10,457 bases of DNA from a bacterium (GCA_043824255.1 JBDRTG010000051.1:1-10457); one strand, 5' to 3'; numbered from the stretch's first letter, positions 1-7,062 are shown. Program-made: numbers and translations. Notes: generated from the letters alone by a model not told the origin.

Positions 1-50
1 TAATCCAATGGCTGGAATCTTTATAAATCTTTTAATAAAGCGGGAATTTT

Positions 51-120
51 ATTAATGTGTAGATAATTCTTCGTAACACCTTGATATTAAAGAAAAATAC
101 TGACAACTCTACACATTAAT
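51..120. repeat. 13-bp perfect inverted repeat pair ATTAATGTGTAGA (51-63) / TCTACACATTAAT (108-120), 44 bp apart
   Basis: Read directly from the sequence. Shares the TAATGT core with the 135-168 palindrome. Confidence 0.8.
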
Positions 121-134
121 GAACTCTTAACATT

Positions 135-168
135 ACCGCCATAATGTTGAGCTTAACATTATGGCGGT
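135..168. repeat. Palindrome ACCGCCATAATGTT-gagctt-AACATTATGGCGGT (14-bp arms, 6-bp spacer); candidate recombinase or transposase binding site
   Basis: Perfect 14-bp arms at 135-148 and 155-168. No U-tract follows on either strand, so it is a poor intrinsic terminator. Confidence 0.8.
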
Positions 169-175
169 TCTATGT

Positions 176-400
176 CTAGAACCCCAATACTTTACACTGT
201 TGGGGACGAAAGGAATGATAAATCTGACAACGAATCTTCTTTCCAGAACCCCTCAGGAATGGACATCGATAAAGAAAAACACAGCATTTACCACATTGCA
301 AACATTCTCCTTGACGAATCTCCAATTGCTTTTTGACATATCTAGGACGTAACTTCAGTAAAAAGAATCTTCGGATTTTTTCTTTAATCTCTATTATCAT
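176..400 (-). CDS. Small CxxCxxCC (YkgJ/UPF0153-like, putative Zn/Fe-chelating) protein, probably truncated at the C-terminus
   Basis: Contains CLQCGKCC, CPFL and CQIY..RPQQC motifs. It ends CKVLGF* where C-x-x-F-P is usual. It overlaps the upstream gene by 17 bp. Confidence 0.75.
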   Translation of the reverse strand: MIIEIKEKIRRFFLLKLRPRYVKKQLEIRQGECLQCGKCCVFLYRCPFLRGSGKKIRCQIYHSFRPQQCKVLGF

Positions 401-1109
401 GCTTTTCTTTATTGTTTGAAGAGGTGCTCTTTTTTAGTTTTATTTTTTGCTTAGCCAGACTGTAAAGATGCCGGAGTCTGTAGAATATTACTATTCCAAA
501 AATTGAACCAACAAATATCGAGGGGATAATTTTCCCAGCTCCTGTAGCGAACTCAAATAGATAATCAAAGGCGAATGTCCAGGATATGGCGCTACTAACC
601 ATCCCTAAAATCACTACCCAAATTATAGTAATTGTACGCATGCCCATTAATCCCCCAATAATTGCCCCGATCAATGCACCAGTGGAGTGAAGAGGAATCC
701 AGACGAAAAATGCTATCCCTAAAGCACCCCATTTCTCTATTTTAGATTGATGTTTCTGAGCTTTATTTATAGCTGAACTGAAGAATTTTCTGATGAGTTT
801 TATCTCTATTAAATATCCGTAAAAATAAATAATTGGAGGATAAAAAATAAAAAGCAAAGTGATATTGAAAACAATTGAAATCAAAATAACCAGAAACTCA
901 GACAACCCTAACTCCAGTCCTAATGAGATACTGGCTCCTCTTCCAGCCAAGAGGTCAGCAAAAATCACTAGAAGCAAATTCTCTTTTAATTCAGGAATAT
1001 ATTGTCCAAATAGAATAAAAAGGATTATTTCAGCTATAAGAAGAGAACAGCCAATTAAAAAGATAAATCCTTCTATGCTTCTAAAAAAGGATGCGTCATT
1101 GTTCTTCAT
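384..1109 (-). CDS. Integral membrane protein, putative small multidrug export family (Sm_multidrug_ex / COG2426-like)
   Basis: 241 aa with several hydrophobic helices. The segment KIEKWGALGIAFFVWIPLHSTGALIGAIIG resembles the family motif GLxxFVxIPLPGTGAxxG. GAGGA lies upstream of the ATG. Confidence 0.75.
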   Translation of the reverse strand: MKNNDASFFRSIEGFIFLIGCSLLIAEIILFILFGQYIPELKENLLLVIFADLLAGRGASISLGLELGLSEFLVILISIVFNITLLFIFYPPIIYFYGYLIEIKLIRKFFSSAINKAQKHQSKIEKWGALGIAFFVWIPLHSTGALIGAIIGGLMGMRTITIIWVVILGMVSSAISWTFAFDYLFEFATGAGKIIPSIFVGSIFGIVIFYRLRHLYSLAKQKIKLKKSTSSNNKEKHDNRD

Positions 1110-1222
1110 TGTAAAGTTTTATCCTCAAGTCAATCTCTTTCCAGTGATCATTCCCAATCATTATTAATTAAACTTCTTCTTACCTATGTATCTTCGTTTA
1201 TTAAAACATCTTCTGATTATAT

Positions 1223-1572
1223 TCATAAGTCTACCGATTGATTCTTCTCATTGACAGTAACAATCCTTGGAGAAAAGTTGCTTAATTCATCTTCAGAAAT
1301 ATAACCATAGGCAAGAACGATGATTATATCTCCAGGTTGTGCTAACCGTGCTGCTGCTCCGTTTAAACAAACTGTTCCCTTTCCTTCTTCTCCTTCAATA
1401 ACGTAAGTCTCAAAGCGTTGACCATTATTAATATTAGCTACTAGTACTTCCTCATATCTGTGTATCCCTACTGTCTGGAGTAATCTTCTATCGATAGTGA
1501 TACTTCCCTCATAGTTTAAATTCATCTCGGTTACAGTCAACCTATGAAGTTTGGCTTTACACACTTTTACTA
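1223..1572 (-). pseudogene. panD: Aspartate 1-decarboxylase, 3' part, separated from its start codon by the transposon
   Basis: Contains KAKLHR, YEG/SITID (pyruvoyl autocleavage site), RFETY and NGAAARL motifs. Rejoining with the 5' fragment gives an intact 117-aa ORF (MLVKVCKAKLHR...) with K9, H11, G24-S25, R54 and Y58 in canonical PanD numbering. Confidence 0.93.
1567..1572 (+). repeat. Target-site duplication, left copy (TTACTA; 4-bp TACT if the termini are AGGG)
   Basis: Identical to 5656-5661. Removing 1573-5661 restores the panD reading frame. Confidence 0.88.
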
Positions 1573-1752
1573 GGGTACTAGACAGATTTGGCTAAAATTG
1601 GGGCATAAGCGTAAGTCTATAAGCAAGAGTGGGTTACAGAGCAAATTTCGGTAAATACAGAAAAATCATTCCCTAAAATGGTTGAATTCAAAACGAAAAT
1701 ATCAAGAATTTTCAGCACAAATCATTTCCGAACATTCCCGTAAATAATCATT
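1573..1752 (+). repeat. Left terminal inverted repeat, 180 bp
   Basis: Reverse complement of 5476-5655 with 6 mismatches; the first 51 bp are perfect. 1572-1609 forms a Tn3-like 38-mer ending in TAAG. Confidence 0.95.
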
Positions 1753-1763
1753 ATAGGGAAAGT
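1732..1763. promoter_or_regulatory. Putative tyrosine-recombinase core site L (ACATTCCCGTAAA-taatca-TTATAGGGAAAGT)
   Basis: 13-6-13 imperfect dyad whose arms match a motif repeated about 10 times at the element ends. Lone arms occur at 1666-1678 and 1803-1815. Confidence 0.7.
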
Positions 1764-1823
1764 AAGTAAAAACCAAACAGAATTTATCGTGTCAGCATAA
1801 AAACATTCCCTAAAACAATATAA

Positions 1824-4721
1824 TTACACCCTTACCAAATTTCTATTTATGAAATATTCACCGTACAATATAATATTTCCCCAGCCGACAGGACTGATGT
1901 TGGCTAACAATTCTAAGCTGAAACCGGCTTCTTCAGGATTATGCTCTTTCATGACCATTGTAAGTTCTTTTGCCTGCCAGTAAACAATGCATGCCATTAT
2001 CAAAGTCAGACAGCTGCAGACCAAGTTCTGGGACTTATCATCCCTGGCTGTAATTTTCCCACGGTTGGCATAGTTCACATCCCTGGCCAGCTGATGTATC
2101 TGTTCGCCTTTCAGCAGTCCCCTGCGTTTGCGGAGTCTTGCTTGCGGGTCGGTCATATGCTGCAGGATATGTTCCGTCTTGAATATTCTTCCAAGATGAA
2201 GATTCGCTTTGTAAAAGTCGTTGCTTTCATCTCTGGAAAGCAGCCTTCTCAGAACAACTGACGCCGTTACTTGTCCCTGTTCAATTGACGAATAAAGTTT
2301 CGCCATCCGGATCCAGAAGTCGGTAACCAGGCCCATATTGATATTCGCTCCCTGAAAATCCAGAAGCGGTTCAAGCTCCCGGTAATCGTAATTTCTGTCT
2401 ATCCTGAATATGTGATGTCTCTGTATTCCTCTTATTCTCGGATTGAATTTTTTCCCGAACCATTCAAATGCGGCGAAGATAATCGTCGCTGCCGCTCTTG
2501 TGTCCGTAAAATGTTCGGTCAGCAGAAGATCGCTTTCATTATAAAGGAATCCGTCAAGAACGTTCGGAGCCTCGCCTTCCGTACATTCTATCGGCTTACT
2601 GTAATAAGGGGCAAAGTTATCAGCGATAAATGTCAGAAACTCCAGTGCGAAGTCACCCAGTCTTGGACTGTATTGCCGTGAGATGACTTTCTGTCTGAAT
2701 ATTTTCAAATGGGGATCACTGCTGGACGTTTCCCCGCTTCCCCAGTTCTGGCTTATACCAAGCTTTGAAATAGCGTTGACAATCCATGAGAGTGCAGTTC
2801 TGAGGGCATCTTCCGTAAGCTGCCAGTCGGAAATACTTCTGATCTTTGAGTATGATATGTTCTGGACCAGTTTTGACATGGTGAACACTCCGATGTTGCA
2901 GCCATGCGCCATTATGGCGGCGATTATCCCGCAAATATCATCAGCATACTTATTTTCATTGCCTGACGGGATGATGAACGGATCAGTGAAATTCAGGTCA
3001 TTGTTAACCTCAAGCAGCAGATCAGGAAGCTTGATCACTCTCATGCGTTTCTCGATCCACTCGGAGAAATCGTTAAGTTTCGCTTCCTCATCCGGACTTA
3101 GCAATGTGGCGGTTTCTGCGCTCAGCTGCCACTTGCCGTCCGCAACTCTCGCAAACGTATTTTCCGGTGCAAGCTCGAAATAACGGTCATAGGCACTGTT
3201 GAGCCTTTCTTTGAGAAACGCGGCAGCTTTTTTCGGATTCTCCGGAAGACCGGCTCTCCTGAAAAAATCTCCTTTTACCGTGTTCCATTTCTGATTACTT
3301 ATATTAAAACTGCTCATACTGCGGTATCTTTTACTGTGGCTGACATTGACATTGCCGTTTTTGAGTTCATCTCTGAGTTTGTAATAGACTCCACATTCCC
3401 ATATACTTCTGTCTATTTTTCCGTCCGGTGTGTGTATGACCGGCTTTAATGTTCTGGACAGAAATGATGTCGGGACATTCCCTGGAAATTTTTTCTTTTT
3501 ACCTCTGTTAAGTTCATTCAGAAGATCGATGGCTTTCAGCAGTTTTCCTGATTTTCCGGATTCCGCAGTGAATTCTGCAGAAGACAGGACTTCGGGCACA
3601 AACTTCCTGAAGTAACCGTATTTTTCCGCCAGCAGTAAAAACACATTGCTGTACCGTCCGTTTCTGAGCTGATTAAGTTCGGGGATGTCATCTTCCGACT
3701 CCCCGAGGGTATTAATTATTTCATTTCTCAATGATTCTCCATCAATATCAGGATTGGCCAGAATCTCCCGGATTCTCTGAATCACTTCAAGAGAATCCCT
3801 TATACTGTCTTTATGTTCCCTGAATTTCTGAGTGATCCGGTTGTCCGATTTTGTGTATGACGAATTGAGAAGACTGATGAATGTCTTGATGACAAAATCA
3901 ACTGTCTCACTGTAGCAGTGCAGCAGGAATGAGACCAGTGATGAATATCTGTATGCCTGGTCAAGCTCCCTCAGCCTTGCCACTGAGCATCGCTTAACTT
4001 CCCCCGCCAGTGCCCGCTGATAGTTATTGTTTATATCATCGATACTGACTGACAGAATCCCTGTATCCTCGATTATTCTGAGCTTCAAGATAAGGGAGTG
4101 TATCGAATCCGCTGAAGGATTTTTAGGTACTCTTTTCAGACATTCAAGTGTCGAGAACCTGGGATTCGGGCTCAGAAGTCCATCCAGATTGATCCTTGTT
4201 TCAGCTGAAAGTTTTGAAGTAATGCTGTCAAACATTGATTGTCTGGCAAGATTTCTCCGGGTGCTTACGATTTTACCCAACTGACTTTCAGATGGAAGCA
4301 GAACATTGTTTCTGCGCAGAAATCGGTCGGCTTTTATCATCAGCAGACTCAGCTGTTCATATTGGTGCGCCTGTTCAGATATGTACTCTTCCAGTTGCGG
4401 GCATATATCACTGTCAAAAGGTTTCAGACCTGTGTATTCAAGGATCTTCTTCTGATGAACTCTAATTTTCTTGCGGTTATTCCTGTAGACATCAATCAAA
4501 GCCCCGTTTACACACAGCTGCAAAGCGGCATATGTCAGAATTTCATCAATCACGTTGAACGGCGCCTGTTTCGGAACAGTGTTCAGCAGTCTGATATAAA
4601 TCAGCTGATATGCGGAACCGAGCCTGTTTACCTCACCTCTGAAGTTCCGGATGAACTTTAAGTCTTCAGCATTGAATGTTCCGGATTCCATCAACTGCTG
4701 ATGTGAAAATCTTTTATCCAT
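1824..4721 (-). CDS. tnpA: Tn3-family DDE transposase
   Basis: 965 aa with a DUF4158-like N-terminus (FRGEVNRLGSAYQL). Catalytic region: TSSSDP (D), HFTDT (D), LLKGEQIHQLAR (E). C-terminal ISPVGWGNIILYGEY motif. Confidence 0.95.
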   Translation of the reverse strand: MDKRFSHQQLMESGTFNAEDLKFIRNFRGEVNRLGSAYQLIYIRLLNTVPKQAPFNVIDEILTYAALQLCVNGALIDVYRNNRKKIRVHQKKILEYTGLKPFDSDICPQLEEYISEQAHQYEQLSLLMIKADRFLRRNNVLLPSESQLGKIVSTRRNLARQSMFDSITSKLSAETRINLDGLLSPNPRFSTLECLKRVPKNPSADSIHSLILKLRIIEDTGILSVSIDDINNNYQRALAGEVKRCSVARLRELDQAYRYSSLVSFLLHCYSETVDFVIKTFISLLNSSYTKSDNRITQKFREHKDSIRDSLEVIQRIREILANPDIDGESLRNEIINTLGESEDDIPELNQLRNGRYSNVFLLLAEKYGYFRKFVPEVLSSAEFTAESGKSGKLLKAIDLLNELNRGKKKKFPGNVPTSFLSRTLKPVIHTPDGKIDRSIWECGVYYKLRDELKNGNVNVSHSKRYRSMSSFNISNQKWNTVKGDFFRRAGLPENPKKAAAFLKERLNSAYDRYFELAPENTFARVADGKWQLSAETATLLSPDEEAKLNDFSEWIEKRMRVIKLPDLLLEVNNDLNFTDPFIIPSGNENKYADDICGIIAAIMAHGCNIGVFTMSKLVQNISYSKIRSISDWQLTEDALRTALSWIVNAISKLGISQNWGSGETSSSDPHLKIFRQKVISRQYSPRLGDFALEFLTFIADNFAPYYSKPIECTEGEAPNVLDGFLYNESDLLLTEHFTDTRAAATIIFAAFEWFGKKFNPRIRGIQRHHIFRIDRNYDYRELEPLLDFQGANINMGLVTDFWIRMAKLYSSIEQGQVTASVVLRRLLSRDESNDFYKANLHLGRIFKTEHILQHMTDPQARLRKRRGLLKGEQIHQLARDVNYANRGKITARDDKSQNLVCSCLTLIMACIVYWQAKELTMVMKEHNPEEAGFSLELLANISPVGWGNIILYGEYFINRNLVRV

Positions 4722-5302
4722 TAATCATGCCAGAATTCATTGAATTTATCCGGTGATATTTCTGTATACTTCGTGGTATGCTGAATATTCCTGTGCCCGA
4801 GATACTGCTGAATACTTCTTGTATCCACTCCTTCATTGGCTAGTTTGTATCCGGTCGAATGACGAAGCATATGGGGATGCACTGAAATTTTAAGTTTCGC
4901 ATTTTCTCCCGCCCTTGCAAGAAGTTTCCTGAAGGTTGAGGTGGTTATAGGACATTTTCTTTCTGTAATAAAAACATACGGGCTGTCTACTGCATCTCGT
5001 TTCAGTTTTCTCAGGGCTCTTATCTCCGGTCCGAACAGTGGATGAGCACAACTCAGGCCATTTTTTTTCCTGTTCACCTGGATCAGTCCGGTATCAAGAT
5101 CAATCTGAGTCCATCTCAATGCGACAAGCTCGGAAACTCTTAGACCATGACGGTAGGCGACCAGAATCATCGTGGTGTCACGGTGCTTGTGTCGTCCGCT
5201 TTTTCTGGCACCGGCAATAACCCGGTCAATTTCATCGGGTGTCAAAAATTCCCTAGACCTTCTGTCAGTGTTTTTTGTTTTAATCGGAGGATTTGTTTTC
5301 AC
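4721..5302 (-). CDS. Tyrosine recombinase, FimB/FimE-like (short, catalytic-domain type); presumed resolvase/invertase of the element
   Basis: 193 aa containing REFLTPDEI, HGLRVSE (R), RKKNG (K), HPHMLRH (HxxR), LGHRNIQHT (H) and TKYT (Y). GTG start with an AGGTGA Shine-Dalgarno. Its TAA stop overlaps the tnpA ATG (TAATG). Confidence 0.92.
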   Translation of the reverse strand: MKTNPPIKTKNTDRRSREFLTPDEIDRVIAGARKSGRHKHRDTTMILVAYRHGLRVSELVALRWTQIDLDTGLIQVNRKKNGLSCAHPLFGPEIRALRKLKRDAVDSPYVFITERKCPITTSTFRKLLARAGENAKLKISVHPHMLRHSTGYKLANEGVDTRSIQQYLGHRNIQHTTKYTEISPDKFNEFWHD

Positions 5303-5390
5303 TTATCACCTACTTTCCCTAAAATGAACATTGGACTATACATATAACAGAATTATTTTTATAGTCAAACTATAAATTCCAATTAAGCTA

Positions 5391-5422
5391 ACTTTCCCGT
5401 AATGGTACTATTTAGGGAATGT
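5391..5422. promoter_or_regulatory. Putative tyrosine-recombinase core or operator site M (ACTTTCCCGTAAT-ggtact-ATTTAGGGAATGT)
   Basis: 13-6-13 dyad with the same arm motif but a different spacer, upstream of the recombinase gene. A further arm at 5312-5324 abuts the recombinase RBS. Confidence 0.68.
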
Positions 5423-5464
5423 TTGGATCGTTGAAAATATATCAAATTCTAACGTTTTTAGACA

Positions 5465-5496
5465 ACTTTGCCATAAATGATTATTTACGGGAATGT
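5465..5496. promoter_or_regulatory. Putative tyrosine-recombinase core site R (ACTTTGCCATAAA-tgatta-TTTACGGGAATGT)
   Basis: 13-6-13 dyad. Its spacer TGATTA is the reverse complement of the site L spacer TAATCA. A lone arm lies at 5550-5562. Confidence 0.7.
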
Positions 5497-5655
5497 TCGG
5501 AAATGATTTGTGCTGAAAATTCTTGATATTTTCATTTTAAATTCAACCATTTTAGGGAATGATTTTTCTGTATTTACCGAAAATTGCTCTGTAACTTACT
5601 CTTACTTATAGACTTACGCTTATGCCCCAATTTTAGCCAAATCTGTCTAGTACCC
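5476..5655 (-). repeat. Right terminal inverted repeat, 180 bp
   Basis: Reverse complement of 1573-1752 (174/180). Confidence 0.95.
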
Positions 5656-5665
5656 TTACTAACAT
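5656..5665 (-). pseudogene. panD: panD 5' fragment (ATG TTA GTA A), including the right target-site duplication 5656-5661
   Basis: ATG at 5665-5663, 2 nt after the purB TGA, with a GGAGG Shine-Dalgarno inside the purB 3' end. It now reads into the IR as MLVRVLDRFG*. Confidence 0.9.
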
Positions 5666-5667
5666 TT

Positions 5668-7062
5668 TCACCTCCCATAATTTGCTCCAAACTGCTCTTC
5701 CCAAAGCTTAGTAATCTCTTCGGTCTTTTTACTCGCTATTCCAATATACTTTGAGGGGTCTGAAATAATCTCTCTTTGTGATTTGGTAAACTTCTCCAAA
5801 TACGGTTTGAGATTTTTATCTTCCATTACAATCTCAAGCAAAGGTTTATTGGATTTAAGAGACTCCGTAGCTAGCCTCCTCACATACTCGTGGGCATCGG
5901 GATGACCCAAGGAGGCTAACAGGATGTAAAGTGGCTCGGCAATTATTTTATCTCGATTTTGTCTGAAGTTTCTTTGCATATTGTTTTTATCAACCTGAAG
6001 CTTAGAAGAAACTTTTTTTATTCTTCTCGCTGAGGAATCAAAGGTTACCAATAGTTCTGGGATGTACCGAGCAGAGCAAGAATTGGTTAAATCCCTCTGG
6101 TGCTCAGAGATTTGATCCATATAGATAGTAATCATCCGGGGCATAAATGCCTTCCACATGCTTTTGACATTCTCAAAATTTATTGGATTTCTCTTTTGCG
6201 GCATGGTTGAACTTCCCACCTGCTCCTCTTCAAAAGATTCGCCTACTTCTCCTATCTCTGAACGTTGCAGATGTCTCATATCATCAGCAAAATTAGCTAA
6301 TACGCCGAAACTTGAAATTATTGCGTGAGTAAAATCCACCAATGGTTCCGGAGGAACGATTTGAGTGGAAATCTTAGCCGGTTTTAAACCTAATTCAGAG
6401 AGTAATTCCATTTCAAATTTTTCCGGATCATTAAAGAATAACGAACAGGCATTACATGCACCAACCGCTCCAGAAAATTTTCCTACTAAATTATTTACAA
6501 CATTTTTAAGCTGTAAGATTCTATCTCCCCAGCGTTGAACATACTGGGCAAGAGCAAATCCAAAAGTTATCGGTAAAGCATGTTGACCGTGAGTCCTTCC
6601 AATCTGGAGAGTATCTTTTTCTTTCCTGGCTAACTCTATCCATATTTTTTCTAATTCAATCATATCAGGTAAAACAACTTTTTCCGTAGCATCTTTATAT
6701 CTTAAAACGTTAGCAGTATCCACAATATCATAAGAGGTAGCTGCTAAGTGAATGTATGGTTTAGCCTTACTACTGACACGTCTTCTTATCACATTGACTA
6801 AAGCACGTATATCATGCTTGATTCTTCTTTCCTCATCATAAACTTCCTGAGCAGTTACCTGATTACAAGCCCTGATTATCTCATTAGTAATCTCTTGAGA
6901 ACAGAGACCACGTTTGGCTAATATCTTTACCAATGCGCTTTCCACCTTTGCCTTATATTTGATAAAGGCTTCTTCTGAAAGATATGGTTTTAATTCCTCA
7001 ACAGAGTATCTATAATCAGTCGGTGAGAAAGAATTAAATTTTGATAATGTTTGCTCATTCAT
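5668..7062 (-). CDS. purB: Adenylosuccinate lyase
   Basis: 464 aa with the fumarate-lyase signature GSSTMPQKRNP and the motifs IGRTHGQHA, HDIRA, ATSYDIVDTA and EHQRDLTNS. AGGAGG Shine-Dalgarno at 7073-7078. Confidence 0.95.
   Translation of the reverse strand: MNEQTLSKFNSFSPTDYRYSVEELKPYLSEEAFIKYKAKVESALVKILAKRGLCSQEITNEIIRACNQVTAQEVYDEERRIKHDIRALVNVIRRRVSSKAKPYIHLAATSYDIVDTANVLRYKDATEKVVLPDMIELEKIWIELARKEKDTLQIGRTHGQHALPITFGFALAQYVQRWGDRILQLKNVVNNLVGKFSGAVGACNACSLFFNDPEKFEMELLSELGLKPAKISTQIVPPEPLVDFTHAIISSFGVLANFADDMRHLQRSEIGEVGESFEEEQVGSSTMPQKRNPINFENVKSMWKAFMPRMITIYMDQISEHQRDLTNSCSARYIPELLVTFDSSARRIKKVSSKLQVDKNNMQRNFRQNRDKIIAEPLYILLASLGHPDAHEYVRRLATESLKSNKPLLEIVMEDKNLKPYLEKFTKSQREIISDPSKYIGIASKKTEEITKLWEEQFGANYGR

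Larger units (their letters stand above)
1..185 (-). mobile_element. Probable terminus of a second (Tn3-like) mobile element extending out of the window to the left
   Basis: The minus strand from 185 reads GGGGTTCTAGACATAGAACCGCCATAATGTTAAG. It begins GGGG like Tn3 IRs, matches the main element's terminus (GGGTACTAGACA) at 11/12, and contains GTTAAG. It starts exactly where the CxxCxxCC gene's expected C-x-x-F-P motif breaks (GTA TT|GGGG). The other end and any transposase are not in the window. Confidence 0.5.
1573..5655 (-). mobile_element. Tn3-family unit transposon (~4083 bp): FimB-like tyrosine recombinase plus TnpA, 180-bp IRs, no passenger genes
   Basis: Terminal IRs, a flanking direct repeat, a Tn3 transposase and a clean interruption of panD. 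The interior is visibly more GC-rich than the host genes. Confidence 0.95.

Noticed and set aside
135..168. Rho-independent terminator or chromosomal dif site
   Set aside because: No poly-U tail on either strand. The fully symmetric arms do not fit the asymmetric XerC/XerD dif consensus.
161..1167. ORFs 161-352 and 859-1167 (+)
   Set aside because: Antisense to better-supported minus-strand genes.
1223..1564. Intact 113-aa panD starting at GTG
   Set aside because: The true ATG and SD lie at 5663-5675 on the other side of the transposon; the GTG is Val5.
1573..1606. In-frame ATG within the left IR that might rescue panD (ATG CCC CAA TTT TAG CCA...)
   Set aside because: An in-frame TAG follows after four codons, there is no SD, and there is no evidence for read-through.
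1666..1815. CRISPR-like or tandem array from the recurring TTCCC motifs
   Set aside because: The repeats are only 13 bp, in mixed orientation and irregularly spaced, and no cas genes are present. They are better explained as protein-binding sites.
1941..4661. Multiple short ORFs overlapping tnpA (1941-2261, 2412-2681, 2683-3183, 2716-2934, 3430-3615, 4027-4284, 4235-4465, 4239-4661)
   Set aside because: Antisense or alternate-frame shadows of the transposase with no recognisable motifs.
5038..5347. ORFs 5038-5220 and 5147-5347 (+)
   Set aside because: Antisense to the recombinase, with no motifs.
5341..5368. Sigma70 promoter for the recombinase (TTGACT on the minus strand at 5368-5363)
   Set aside because: Good -35 but no convincing -10 at 16-18 bp spacing, so it is not called as a feature.
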